Assembly: GCA_002269645.1 (NCBI GenBank)
Contig: NIVC01000900.1
Coordinates: forward strand, 1-64,000
DNA: 64,000 nucleotides
Source: Macrostomum lignano
Lineage: Eukaryota
Direction: 5' to 3'
Within the stretch, counting starts at the first letter, position 1, and each line of letters begins with the position of its first letter. Positions 34,901 through 47,069 of the stretch are shown in pieces. The position numbers and the translations under genes are program-made. Under the pieces are notes generated by a model. It was not told the origin of the DNA. It saw nothing but the letters and a program-made list of their open reading frames with translations, and did not search any database.

Positions 34901-37405
34901 CTCCCATTCTCTCCCTTGTGTGCCTCTCCCATTCTCTCCCTTGTGTGCCTCTCCCATTCTCTCCCTTGTGTGCCTCTCCCATTCTCTCCCTTGTGTGCCT
35001 CTCCCTTGTGTGCCTCTCCCATTCTCTCCCTTGTGTGCCTCTCCCTTGTGTGCCTCTCCCCTTCTCTCCCTTGTGTGCCTCTCCCTTGTGTGCCTCTCCC
35101 CCTTCTCTCCCTTGTGTGCCTCTCCCCTTCTCTCCCTTGTGTGCCTCTCCCTTGTGTGCCTCTCCCATTCTCTCCGTTCTGTGCCTCTCCCATTCTCTCC
35201 CTTGTGTGCCTCTCCCCTTTCTCTCCCTTGTGTGCCTCTCCCATTCTCTCCCTTGTGTGCCTCTCCCATTCTCTCCCTTGTGTGCCTCTCCCATTCTCTC
35301 CCTTGTGTGCCTCTCCCCTTTCTCTCCCTTGTGTGCCTCTCCCATTCTCTCCCTTGTGTGCCTCTCCCCTTTCTCTCCCTTGTGTGCCTCTCCCTTTCTC
35401 TCCCTTGTGTGCCTCTCCCCTTTCTCTCCCTTGTGTGCCTCTCCCCTTTCTCTCCCTTGTGTGCCTCTCCCATTCTCTCCCCTGTGTGCCTCTCTTCCTT
35501 CTCTCCCTTGTGTGACTCTCCCCTTTCTCTTCCTTGTGTGCCTCTCTTCCTTCTCTCCCTTGTGTGCCTCTCTTCCTTCTCTCCCTTGTGTGACTCTCCC
35601 CTTTCTCTCCCTTGTGTGCCTCTCCCATTCTCTCCCTTGTGTGCCTCTCCCCTTCTCTCCCCTGTGTGCCTCTCCCCTTCTCTTTCTGTGTGCCTCTCCC
35701 CTTCTCATATTCTCCCTCTCTCTCTCCCTCTCTCTCCATTATTTCCCTTTACCCTATATCATTTCTGCCATGCCTCCTTTTCACATCAAATTTTTCTCAT
35801 ATTGCTTTTTGTCAGCAGCAACTTTGTGGCGGCTTGTCCAGATCAATAGAAATCATTTAGTATTTTTATTTCATACATTTAAAGAAACTTCGAAATTCTT
35901 TCTTCAAATTCTTGCTTTGAAACGCATTTGTAAATCGTTAGTTTAGTCAATCGAATTTTGTTCCGCAATTGCCGTCTCAGAACTGACAGCTGTGGATATC
36001 AAATCCATTATGATCTGATCTAAAAAGACTTTGATTTATTGGCAGCACAAACAGTTTCAATCGTTTTTCCTTTTTTCTTGTCTCTCATCTGATCTAATCT
36101 AATCTCACTGTGTCTTTCATCTGATCTAATCTAATCTCACTGTGTCTTTCATCTGATCTAATCTAATCTCAGTGTGTCTGTCATCTGATCTAATCTAATC
36201 TCACTGTGTCTCTCAACTGATCTAATCTAATCTCACTGTGTCTCTCAACTGATCTAATCTAATCTCACTGTGTTTCTCATCTGATCTAATCTAATCTCAC
36301 TGTGTCTCTCAACTGATCTAATCTAATCTCACTGTGTTTCTCATCTGATCTAATCTAATATTGCTGTGTCTGTCATCTGATCTAATCTAATCTCACTGTG
36401 TCTCTCATCTGATCTAATCTAATCTCACTGTCTCTCATCTGATCTAGTCTAATATCACTGTGTCTCTCATTTAATCGAATCTAATCTCACTGCCTTTCTT
36501 ATATGATCTAATCTAATCTCACCGTGTCTCATCAGATCTAATCTAATATCACTGTGTCTCTCAACTGATATGATCTAATCTCACTGCGTCTGTTATCTAA
36601 CCAAATCTAATCTTACTGTCTTTCTTATCTGATCGAACCTAATCTTACTGTGTCTCTCATCTGGTTTAATCTAATCTCACTGTGTCTCTCATCTGGTCTA
36701 ATCTAATCTCACCTCGTCTCTCATCTGATCTAATCTAATCTCTCTCGCCCGCAGTGCCCGAGCGAAACTATCAGGCCAAACCAGCAAAGTCTCCCAGAAA
36801 AACAGCAAGAATCAAAACCAGAATCATGGCCTGAGTCTAATCATTTACTCAGCGCACGACTCAACAGTGGCCTCGCTAGCCTCAGCACTGGACCTGGAGT
36901 TGCCAAGCTGGGCTTTGTGCCTCCGCCTTCGGCCCTGCTCGCCATGGAGGTGTACAGCGATGCCACGGTTCGCTTTGCTTATAATAACTCCACGAAATAC
37001 CGGCCGGTCCTGTTGAAGCCACCAGCTTGCGGTCAGTCGGATTGCCAGCTAGAGAAAATGCTGCCAGCTCAGTTCCCATCGCTTGGCGCTGTCAATCTGG
37101 CTTATGAATGCCGCAGCGAAGATAGCGCCGGGCCTACCGGTGTTAAAGCGCCAGTTGTACTTTTATTATTGCTAATTGCGTGCGTCTGTCTTATGTGCAC
37201 GGTGCTGCTGTTTGGCAAGAGATTCCGTCGTAGGTGCTTCAGTATTCGAGGCAGGTCCGGCTCGGCTGCGATTTCTAATCGATCAGGGACTGGTGCTGGC
37301 CGACGACAGGGCGGTGAGTATGCCTATAAACCGCTGATCAACTCCGCCGGTGAGGCTGACTGCGATGATGAAGACGCCGAGATGAATGAGAATGCTCGAT
37401 TGTAA
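28946..37405 (+). CDS. Histidine acid phosphatase 2 (lysosomal acid phosphatase-like), about 495 aa; exons 28946-29269, 30049-30233, 33479-33805, 36755-37405; one 1-nt deletion at about 36915
   Basis: Signal peptide, RHGIRNP, YSTDTDRTLASCQAFLLGLFP, G|YTCP, YSAHD, TM helix, YKPL in the tail. Intron phases 0, 2, 2 match. Spliced length 1487 nt (one short of a codon multiple); frame switches between SWA and VPPPSALLAMEVY. Confidence 0.85.
29330..29960. repeat. 27/31-bp minisatellite GCTGGGCAGCCAGCCTCCCAGATCCTCAGTT, phosphatase 2 intron 1
   Basis: Direct reading. Confidence 0.92.
30315..32360. repeat. 20-bp minisatellite CCAGATGATTATTGAGAGTG, phosphatase 2 intron 2
   Basis: About 100 copies. 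Confidence 0.95.
32755..33455. repeat. 25/29-bp minisatellite CCCTGAGATTCGCCCTAGAATCTCA, phosphatase 2 intron 2
   Basis: Direct reading; runs up to the acceptor region. Confidence 0.9.
33880..35700. repeat. 25-bp minisatellite CTCCCTTGTGTGCCTCTCCCATTCT, phosphatase 2 intron 3
   Basis: Direct reading; explains six long repetitive ORFs. Confidence 0.95.
36085..36745. repeat. 32-bp minisatellite TCTGATCTAATCTAATCTCACTGTGTCTCTCA, array 1
   Basis: Direct reading; same unit at 39595-40560. Confidence 0.92.
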
Positions 37406-37539
37406 TTATATAAATTTCTCTTTTTAATCTTTGGTCAGTTATGCTGACCATTGAATTTTTTTATTTATTTCTTAACTGCGCAACATTGCTTTACTTCGAC
37501 TATTCGGTTTTTGGGAGGCTTTCTATCTGTATTTGTTAA

Positions 37540-37844
37540 TGACGTCATCTCTTTTTTGATGATGACGTCATAAGTTGAAGTTGTGACGTCATTTGTTAAA
37601 GTAATGACGTCATATCATAGTCATATGCAATATCATAATCACGACGTCATAAGTTAAATTTCTGGCGTCGTTTGTTAAAATTATGACGTCATTAGCTGTT
37701 CATACGATGACGTCATTTTTGAAGTAATGACGTCATTAGGTAAAGTAAAAACGGTATAACTTAAAAAATGACGTCATTTAATTAAAGTATTCATTGAACG
37801 TCATTTGTTAAAGCGAAACTATGACGCTGAAGCTTATGACGTCA
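37540..37844. promoter_or_regulatory. Cluster of nine perfect TGACGTCA (CRE-type) palindromes
   Basis: At 37540, 37563, 37584, 37605, 37684, 37708, 37728, 37768, 37837; regulatory function not shown. Confidence 0.4.
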
Positions 37845-38509
37845 TTACTTTATTTAATAATAACTTCATTATTTTCTATATTGTATTCCAATTAATAAAT
37901 ATATAACTGTTAGTTATTAGCTTTTTACATCAGTTTTGTATTATACGCATGACGCTTTACATCGGCATGAATAACTATGAACTTTGCCAATCCAGAAGTT
38001 CCAGTCGTGCTTTAATCAGATTTTTTCAGTTTCCAAAAAAACATTCATTCCACTGCGCGTACAAAAGCAATGCTTATTTGTGTTGTATGGAACAAATACA
38101 ATTTTGAATCTTAATTGCTATTTTTTCATTGATTATTGCATTGATAAAACAATTAGAAAACAACTTTTAGAATTTTAACTTGTTTAATAGTCTTTTATTA
38201 TCTGGTTTTGTAGGATGAGATTTGTCGGAAATTAAAGCATAATTAACGATTTAGTTTTTAGGATTAAACTGTCTTAATATATATATAATTTGTAAGTTTA
38301 CGTCAACCCTATTTAATCAAAAAATCTTGCATGAACTTTCTTTTCAGTTTGTAAGCTAATAGTTTTCATTTTCTGTTTGCATTCGATAATTAATGTGCTG
38401 TGCCAGAAGTCTTCCTTCTGAGAGTTTATCGAGACATTTGCTAATTTAAAAATAAACCAACCTAATTACATGTAAATGGCCTTAGTTCTTTGGTTTTTAT
38501 GGTCATTTC

Positions 38510-38744
38510 GGGGTTGTAGCCCACAACTTAAAAGTCGGGGGTTCGATTCTCGACCCACTCAGTTCACCCAGCTGTAAAATGGGTGCCAGCATTAGCTGGG
38601 GTAATTGATGGTGTGCGTGGCAACCCCCAGTCCTTGGACTGAACAGCCGTACTCAACCTTCAGATGCGCCGCGCAATAGCTGCGGCTGAGCTGTCGGTTG
38701 CACACCTGGCCCATTGGGGTAGGTGTGATCAATTATTATTATTA
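38510..38744 (+). mobile_element. SINE family A
   Basis: GGGGTTGTAGC head, GGTTCGATTCTC B box, shared body, (TAT)n tail. Confidence 0.8.
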
Positions 38745-39594
38745 ATTTGTCATGACACACATCAACGTTAGCAATTGGCTGCATCTTATGAGTTCCATGG
38801 TATATTTGAACAATTTAAAATTTTATAATGGCACAGCAAACTTGGAAAATCTAGCGCTGGCAAAAGAAAGTGTCTCTGTGAAAGTAGCAAACGATTTTTT
38901 TTGCTATCTTGGCTTCTTGGACAAAAAACAGCTATCGTGTTCGGACAAAAAAGATCGATATATAGCTACCTTTCTTGGACCAAATCCGTGGTGTCTGCCT
39001 TGCCTGCCTGAGTACGAGGTGAAAAATTAATGTTACAAAAGGTGCGCCCCTCCCTGTTCAGCGTGTGAAACTTGAAACGTGTTTCCCTTGTACGTTTCGC
39101 TCGCCTACTTTTTGCCTTTCCTTTCGCTTCTGCTCTGCAGTCGATGAATCGATCTCCGAGGTAATGCACTTCTCCGTGTTTCTGGAGGAAGACAGGCCCT
39201 CAATTCAAGGAACCTTGCATTCAGACAGAGTTAGAAGAAGAAGAAGTGGCTCTTTGATGCTGCAATGAGCCTTTCTGTCTCTTGTTTGAAGCTATTGGCC
39301 TCTAGAGTCGCTCGCTCATTGTCTCACGAGCTGTTCTGTGAAAGACAAGAGCCAAGGACAGACAGCGGCAGACACAAGCCTGCTGCTGCAACAGACGTCA
39401 AGATGTGCTGGCATATTTTCATTGTCCAAGCTGTGCTTAATTGTTGCATTCCAATTGCTTCCAGGCTGCCTACTGTATAGCTACAATATTGCTGGTTCCT
39501 TACGCTGGGTGGTCTTAACGAGCTGTATAATTATCAGGAAGTGCCGGTTTTGCACTTTACACCGAGTCATTTTGTTTTTGTTTCAGCTCTTACT

Positions 39595-40560
39595 GATCTG
39601 ATCTGATCTCATCGTGTCTCACATCTGATCTAATCTAATCTCACTGTGTCTCGCATCTGATCTGATCTAATCTCACTGTGTCTCTCATCTGATCTAATCT
39701 AATCTCACTGTGTCTCATCTGATCTAATCTAATCTTACTGTGTCTCTCATCTGATCTAATCTAATCTCACTGTGTCTCGCATCTGATCTGTTCTAATCTC
39801 ACTGTGTCTCTCATCTGATCTAATCTAATCTCACTGTGTCTCATCTGATCTAATCTAATCTTACTGTGTCTCTCATCTGATCTAATCTAATCTCACTGTG
39901 TCTCGCATCTGATCTGTTCTAATCTCACTGTGTCTCTCATCTGATCTAATCTAGTCTCACCGTGTCTCACATCTGATCTAATCTAATCTCACTGTGTCTC
40001 TCATCTGATCTAATCTAATCTCATCGTGTCTCACATCTGATCTAATCTAATCTCACTGTGTCTCGCATCTGATCTGTTCTAATCTCACTGTATCTCTCAT
40101 CTGATCTAATCTCACTGTGTTTCGCATCTGATCTGATATAAACTCACTGTCTCATATCTGATATAATCTCATTGTGTCTCATCTGATCTGTTCTAATCTC
40201 ACCGTGTCTCGCGTCTGATCTGATCTAATCTCGCCATGTCTCATATCTGATCTAATCTCGCCATGTCTCATATCTGATCTAATCTCATTGTGTCTCATCT
40301 GATCTGTTCTAATCTAATCTCACTGTGTCTCACTTCTGGTTTAATGTAATTCACAGTGTCTCACATCTGATCTGATCTAATCTCGTCATGTCTCATATCT
40401 GATCTGATCTGATCTCGTCATGTCTCATATCTGATCTAATCTAATTTTATCGTGTCTCTCATCTGATCTGATATAATCTCATTTTGTCTCTTAAATCTCA
40501 CCATGTTGTACAGCTGATCTAATCTAATCTCACTACGTTCCGCATCTGAATAAATCTAAT
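39595..40560. repeat. 32-bp minisatellite, array 2 (same family as 36085-36745)
   Basis: Direct reading; degenerates toward the right end. Confidence 0.92.
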
Positions 40561-41184
40561 CCGTCTACTTCCAATCTGTCTATAGCTGCAATATATTGCA
40601 GGTTTATTGATAGTTAAACAAAAGAACTATACACTCAGAATCGCTTATAGATGCTGTATATTGTTAACTGATCCCTTGCAGCTGATTTCACCGTGTCCCA
40701 ATGTAAGGCTTGGTGTTTGGTGTAGAGTTGCTACTCCAAATTCTGTTTTAAAGTCTCCTTGTGAAGGCCTCTTAAATTGACAGCTGGCTTGCTTTCTCGT
40801 CACCGATCATCTCAGGCAGCTCATTGTCTTATTAGTGACTGTGAATGTCTTACTTTCTCCCTATTAGCCTAGACACTCCGTGCAAGCGGTTACAGTGTAA
40901 AAGTACTTCTGCGACGGATGCTGAAGAGTTTCTGGCTGTCTCAGGCTTTAGTGTTGGAAATTTTACATGCACTTTTTAATTATCTTGGAGCTAATTAGAG
41001 ATTTTAGTTGAGTCCAATCAATTTTCCACTACAACAGTATTTATTAATTGGCATCGTTAAATATCGTGACTATTTTAACGAGACTTGTTGAAGATTTATG
41101 CAAAATAAGATAAACACCATCGGACAAAGAAAGGCCGGTTACAAGATTAGATAGACAAACAGGTAGATAGAAAGACACTGGTAG

Positions 41185-42127
41185 ACAGATGCCTACAACC
41201 ATTGCAAGATGACACAAGAACATGCCTACAACCATAGGGAGAAGACACAAGGACATGCCTACAACCATAGAGAGAAGACACAAGGACATGCCTACAACCA
41301 TAGAGAGAAGACACAAGGACATGCCTACAACCATAGAGAGAAGACACAAGGACATACCTACAACCATAGAGAGAAGACACAAGTACATGCCTACAACCAT
41401 AGAGAGAAGACACAAGGACATGCCTACAACCATAGAGAGAAGACACAAGGACATGCTTAAGAGAGAAGACACAAGGACATGCCTACAACCAGAGAAGACA
41501 CAAGGACATGCCTACAACCATAGATAGAAGACACAAGGACATGCCGCTTGTACAACCATAGAGAGAAGACACAAGGACATGCCTAAGAGAGAAGACACAA
41601 GGACATGCCTACAACCATAGAGAGAAGACACAAGGACATGCTTAAGAGAGAAGACACAAGGACATGCCTACAACCAGAGAAGACACAAGGACATGCCTAC
41701 AACCATAGATAGAAGACACAAGGACATGCCGCTTGTACAACCATAGAGAGAAGACACAAGGACATGCCTAAGAGAGAAGACACAAGGACATGCCTACAAC
41801 CATAGAGAGAAGACACAAGAACATGCCTACAACCATAGGGAGAAGACACAAGAACATGCCTACAACCATAGAGAGAAGACACAAGAACATGCCTACAACC
41901 ATAGGGAGAAGACACAAGAACATGCCTACAACCATAGAGAGAAGACACAAGGACATGCCGCTTGTACAACCATAGAGAGAAGACACAAGGACATGCTTAA
42001 GAGAGAAGACACAAGGACATGCCTACAACCATAGAGAGAAGACACAAGAACATGCCTACAACCATAGAGAGAAGACACAAGGACATGCCTACAACCATAG
42101 GGAGAAGACACAAGAACATGCCTACAA
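41185..42127. repeat. 33-bp minisatellite GACATGCCTACAACCATAGAGAGAAGACACAAG
   Basis: Direct reading. Confidence 0.93.
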
Positions 42128-43119
42128 ATGCCATTTGACATTCTCCTGTTAAAATGGACTGTCTTCCCGACTATAATTAGTCGTCTTAGTTGTTTACGAG
42201 TAATTCTGCTCGTTTCGAATGAATGCATCAATTGATCTGCTTTTACTGATCCGTTCTCAGTCTTGATATCTGTTCTGCATGCATATTAATTTGATCCTTG
42301 GTTTTCCCTTGAGACCTGCTGATGGCATGATTAAGCTCTATACTGCTTGCTTTCAACTGCTGCACTGTATTTTCTCTTCAAAAACTGGTTGAGGATGCAA
42401 GTCGTTAAATTGGTAATCGGCTGTGCGTACTGGTTTTGTCCCCACGATTTCACATGCCAATAATTAGATGTGGATAGCGAGTCTGACAGCATTTCTGCTG
42501 CTGCTGAAGTTCTGTCTTGTCAATTCTTTTTCTGGTTATTTCTCCCACTTTTGCATTGCTTCTGTCACGTGGGATTTCTCAGCCTGTTTCATTGTCTGTC
42601 TCTACTCTGCCCCTCTTATCTAAGCAAGGACCCGGGAGCTTGTGCAGACAAACTGCTTTCCTCCTTTATCCCCTTTCTATCCTTCCTCTCGATACTAGCT
42701 GTAAGTACCTCTATTCAAGTGCGTCTTACCGTTGCTACACATCACTCCCTGCATCGCAGAGCAGAGCAGCTTCCAGCTGCCTCACCCTAGCAACGGACGC
42801 CGCGAGATGATATTGGCGAGTTTTTAGTTATGTTTATCTCAGGTTTTTAGCCCACAGCCATTTCTCCCGTGAGCATTTCCTCACGAATGCTACTTAAACC
42901 CTGCGGCCTCTGCGTCAGTGCGTGTGGCTTTTTTGCACTGTTTTGTTTCCACCTATTCTCAAGTGCTACTTCGGATTGCCGGCTTTGGTTCTGGTTTTTT
43001 TTCTCTTCTCTTCGATTGACTACCTCCCCGAGTAATCACGGGGCTGTTTGTTACTGCTGCCGACTGCCTGCGCTTTTTCACTTGCCTGGCTGCGTGCATT
43101 TGCGTATTTAACACTCCTG

Positions 43120-43131
43120 TCTACCTGTCTG

Positions 43132-43162
<31 letters not shown>

Positions 43163-43183
43163 GTCTGCCTGTCTGTCTGTCTG

Positions 43184-43242
<59 letters not shown>

Positions 43243-43263
43243 GTCTGCCTGTCTGTCTGTCTG

Positions 43264-43326
<63 letters not shown>

Positions 43327-43399
43327 GTGTCTGTCTGTCTGTCTGTCTATCTGTCTGTCTGTGTCTGTCTGTCTGTCTGTCTGTCTGTCTGCCTGCCTG

Positions 43400-43440
<41 letters not shown>

Positions 43441-43460
43441 GCCTGCCTGTCTGTCTGTCT
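43120..43460. repeat. (TGTC)n microsatellite
   Basis: Direct reading. Confidence 0.95.
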
Positions 43461-43792
43461 TAGTGTCTGTCTCTTTAATAGCACGTGTTGACAGCCTGTC
43501 CCACTGCCCCACCCTGTCTGTCTGTTTCTCAATCCCCGCCTCTCCATCTCTCTCTCTTGTCTTGTCCCAATAATTTCTCTTAGCTTATCAGTTCGTCCTT
43601 CCTTCCTTTTGAATAATCTGTCAGCCAATCGCGCTTGAGAGCCCGCATCTGCCGCAACCCCATCCGTTGCCTAGATCTGCCGTAGTTCCCAAGTTTCTCC
43701 TCACTTCCTCTCCTCGCGTTCCGTGACATCGGGATCTGACGCTACTGAACTCAATTGGCATTATTCTTTTCCAACTATCAGCAAACTCTGAA

Positions 43793-44249
43793 ATGGCAAT
43801 GGAAATCACTGAGAATCTGCTCTGCTCGCTGATACCAAAATGCAACAATAGCATTTATAACTCGAGTTCAACGGTGACTCAAAGCTCCGCTTACTCGCCT
43901 ATGCCGAGGTCAGAATGCTTTTTCTGTCGCCTATTTTACCTGGTAGTTACTCCGCTGATAGTGCTGCTGGGCTGTATTGGCAATGCGCTCTGCATCAAAG
44001 TGTTTACCAGACGAAGGTTCCAAAACCAAAGTGCCAGCGTGTACTTTGCCTGTCTGTCCGGAGCAGACCTGCTCGTGCTAATCTTCTACGTCATTCCGGA
44101 GTGGCTGGCCAAGCAGAACTTCCTGCCGACTGCCGCTAAGTCTTGGCTGGATCTGCAGATCATGTGCCAGAGCCTGCTGTTCTTCTCCTATTCGTTTAGA
44201 ATGGTGTCGGTCTGGATGCTCGTGACGTCAACGGTGGAGCGGTACATCG
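43793..44249 (+). CDS. Class A (rhodopsin-like) peptide GPCR, coding exon 1 (TM1-TM3)
   Basis: TM1 LLGCIGNALCIKVF, TM2 SASVYFACLSGADLL, TM3 CQSLLFFSYSFRMVSVWMLVTSTVERYI; phase-1 donor G|GTAAGT at 44249/44250. Confidence 0.9.
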
Positions 44250-44284
44250 GTAAGTTGCTGGTCATGGATGGCCTTGTCTGCTTA

Positions 44285-45510
44285 TCAGCTGTCCATTGAT
44301 GTTTTATGTCAGCTATCCATTGGCGTCTTTTATCCGCTATCCATTGGCGTCTTTTATCCGCTATCCATTGGCGTCTTTTATCCGCTATCCATTGGCGTCT
44401 TTTATCCGCTATCCATTGGCGTCTTTTATCCGCTATCCATTGGCGTCTTTTATCCGCTATCCATTGGCGTCTTTTATCCGCTATCCATTGGCGTCTTTTA
44501 TCCGCTATCCATTGGCGTCTTTTATCCGCTATCCATTGGCGTCTTTTATCCGCTATCCATTGGCGTCTTTTATCCGCTATCCATTGGCGTCTTTTATCCG
44601 CTATCCATTGGCGTCTTTTATCCGCTATCCATTGGCGTCTTTTATCCGCTATCCATTGGCGTCTTTTATCCGCTATCCATTGGCGTCTTTTATCCGCTAT
44701 CCATTGGCGTCTTTTATCCGCTATCCATTGGCGTCTTTTATCCGCTATCCATTGGCGTCTTTTATCCGCTATCCATTGGCGTCTTATCAGCTATCCATTG
44801 GCGTCTTATTAGCTATCCATTGGCGTCGTATTAGCTATCCATGGGCGTCTTATCAGCTATCCATTGGCGTCTTATCAGCTATCCATTGGCGTCTTTTATC
44901 CGCTATCCATTGGCGTCTTTTATCCGCTATCCATTGGCGTCTTTTATCCGCTATCCATTGGCGTCTTTTATCCGCTATCCATTGGCGTCTTTTATCCGCT
45001 ATCCATTGGCGTCTTTTATCCGCTATCCATTGGCGTCTTTTATCCGCTATCCATTGGCGTCTTTTATCCGCTATCCATTGGCGTCTTATCAGCTATCCAT
45101 TGGCGTCTTATTAGCTATCCATTGGCGTCGTATTAGCTATCCATGGGCGTCTTATCAGCTATCCATTGGCGTCTTATCAGCTATCCATTGGCGTCTTTTA
45201 TCCGCTATCCATTGGCGTCTTTTATCCGCTATCCATTGGCGTCTTTTATCCGCTATCCATTGGCGTCTTTTATCCGCTATCCATTGGCGTCTTTTATCCG
45301 CTATCCATTGGCGTCTTTTATCCGCTATCCATTGGCGTCTTTTATCCGCTATCCATTGGCGTCTTATCAGCTATCCATTGGCGTCTTATCAGCTATCCAT
45401 AATGTCTTATATCAGCTATCCATTGGCGTCTTATCAGCTATCCATAATGTCTTATATCAGCTATCCATTGGCGTCTTATCAGCTATCCATAAATGTCTTA
45501 TCAGCTATCC
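44285..45510. repeat. 24-bp minisatellite GCTATCCATTGGCGTCTTTTATCC, GPCR intron
   Basis: Direct reading. Confidence 0.95.
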
Positions 45511-46223
45511 TTGGAAACAGGATCCTAAAGTAGCATCCTTGACGCAGTTACCTTTAGACAGTCAAGTAGTGAAACAGCATAAAGTATTTATAAACTTTAC
45601 TAAAACGAACTAAAATAAATTAATCAGCAAATAGCAAATCTTTACAATTACTCACATTCAAGTCAGTCTCACAAAAAACTTTAATTTCCCAAATGGACTT
45701 GATAATCTCGTGAGCTATTCGGCTTGGGAATTAACTAAACCAACTGCTCGTGCGCTCGAGTATGCTAGCCGTGACTGGTACACAGTCATAGCATAAACGA
45801 AGATCGAACAATCTGATGAAAGAAAGACAGGCATATGCGATGCTTCAGTCCGGCCTATCTATCCATCTGAGGCCGGGACTGACTGCTTGTGAATTTCTAA
45901 TCGTGTAGAAAATCGTTGCGTGACAACGAGATTCTCATGCCACACGGAGCACACTTAACAGATTTCGGAAAGGGATTGTTAATTTATACATTTTTTCGAG
46001 TGGGAACTGCAGATATGAAATGCAGAATCAGTCTGACTGGATAATCGAATACTCCTATAGGGTGTTCAGCCCTGGAGTAGATAAATCTAAAAATATTTCG
46101 ATTTTATCGGTTAGCATTGATTTATAAGCAACTGTCCATTGAAACTTGATTCAACATCTAAAGATGAAGCATTGGTGAAGCTTTCGATGTGTGATTTAAA
46201 TTTTTTGCAAGTGGACTTAGAAC

Positions 46224-46695
46224 AGCATCTTTGATGCAAACCCTTGATAAAGCATCCTTGATACGTGTAGGAACTATGTCATAGGAACTATATCGTAGGA
46301 ACTACGTCTTGGGAACTATGTCGTAGGAACTATGTCGTAGGAACTATGTCGTAGGAATTATGTTGTAGGAACTATGTCGCAGAAAATTTGTTGTAAGAAC
46401 TATGTCTTAGGAATTTGTGTTGTAGGAACTATGTCGTAGGAACTATGTCATAGGGAATTTGTTGTAAGAACTATGTCGTAGGAATTATGTCGTAGGGAAT
46501 TTGTTGTAGGAACTATGTCGTAGGAAATTTTGTTGTACGAACTATGTGTCGTAGGGAATTTGTTGTAGGAACTATGTCGTAGGAACTATGTCGTAGGGAA
46601 TTTGTTGTAGGAATTTTGTTGTAGGGAATTTGTTGTAGGAACTATGTCGTAGGAACTATGTCGTAGGAACTATGTCGTAGGAACTATATCGTAGG
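46224..46695. repeat. 14-bp minisatellite AGCATCCTTGATAC that switches to its complement TCGTAGGAACTATG at 46265
   Basis: Units at 46224-46264 read forward; from 46265 units are the base-by-base complement in unbroken 14-bp register. Confidence 0.9.
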
Positions 46696-47069
46696 GACCT
46701 TGTAGTGGGATTTATACGACACATTCCGAATATTTGTTCGGGGATTTGTAAAACGTCATATCGACCCTATGTAGTGACTAAGTTTAAAAAGGAGTCGTGT
46801 CTTCGACAAGTTGACAGTTTGTCTTGGAACTGCCTACCGGTGGTACCAGTCTTCAGACAAATTTTACGTCGTCTGTTGTTTTCTAGCTTCTGATAAAAAC
46901 ATGTGACCACGTAACCTAGGGGTGACCTGTCGTTTAGGGGAACTTCGAACCGAAAGTTGCGTCAGGGGTGCAGGTCCTTTGTATAAAAAAAGTTTCCTGT
47001 GAGCTGTAAACACAGGACCTTTTTCTTCGATTTGGTAGCGTTCATCCTTGTGTATTTGAACTTAAACGA

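Noticed and set aside
33846-35946. Long repetitive ORFs here and at 13459-14338, 27756-28859, 44268-45613, 47191-48480, 54421-54910, 58461-59256, 60576-61246
   Set aside because: Read-through of mini- and microsatellites, open in several frames at once.
38752-39601. Cluster of short ORFs between SINE A and the 32-bp array
   Set aside because: No recognisable protein signature or consistent frame.
40690-42460. Possible decayed RT fragments on the minus strand (GKTKDQIN, KRPSQGD) split by the 33-bp array
   Set aside because: Motifs are too short and degenerate and their spacing does not fit well; needs a profile search.
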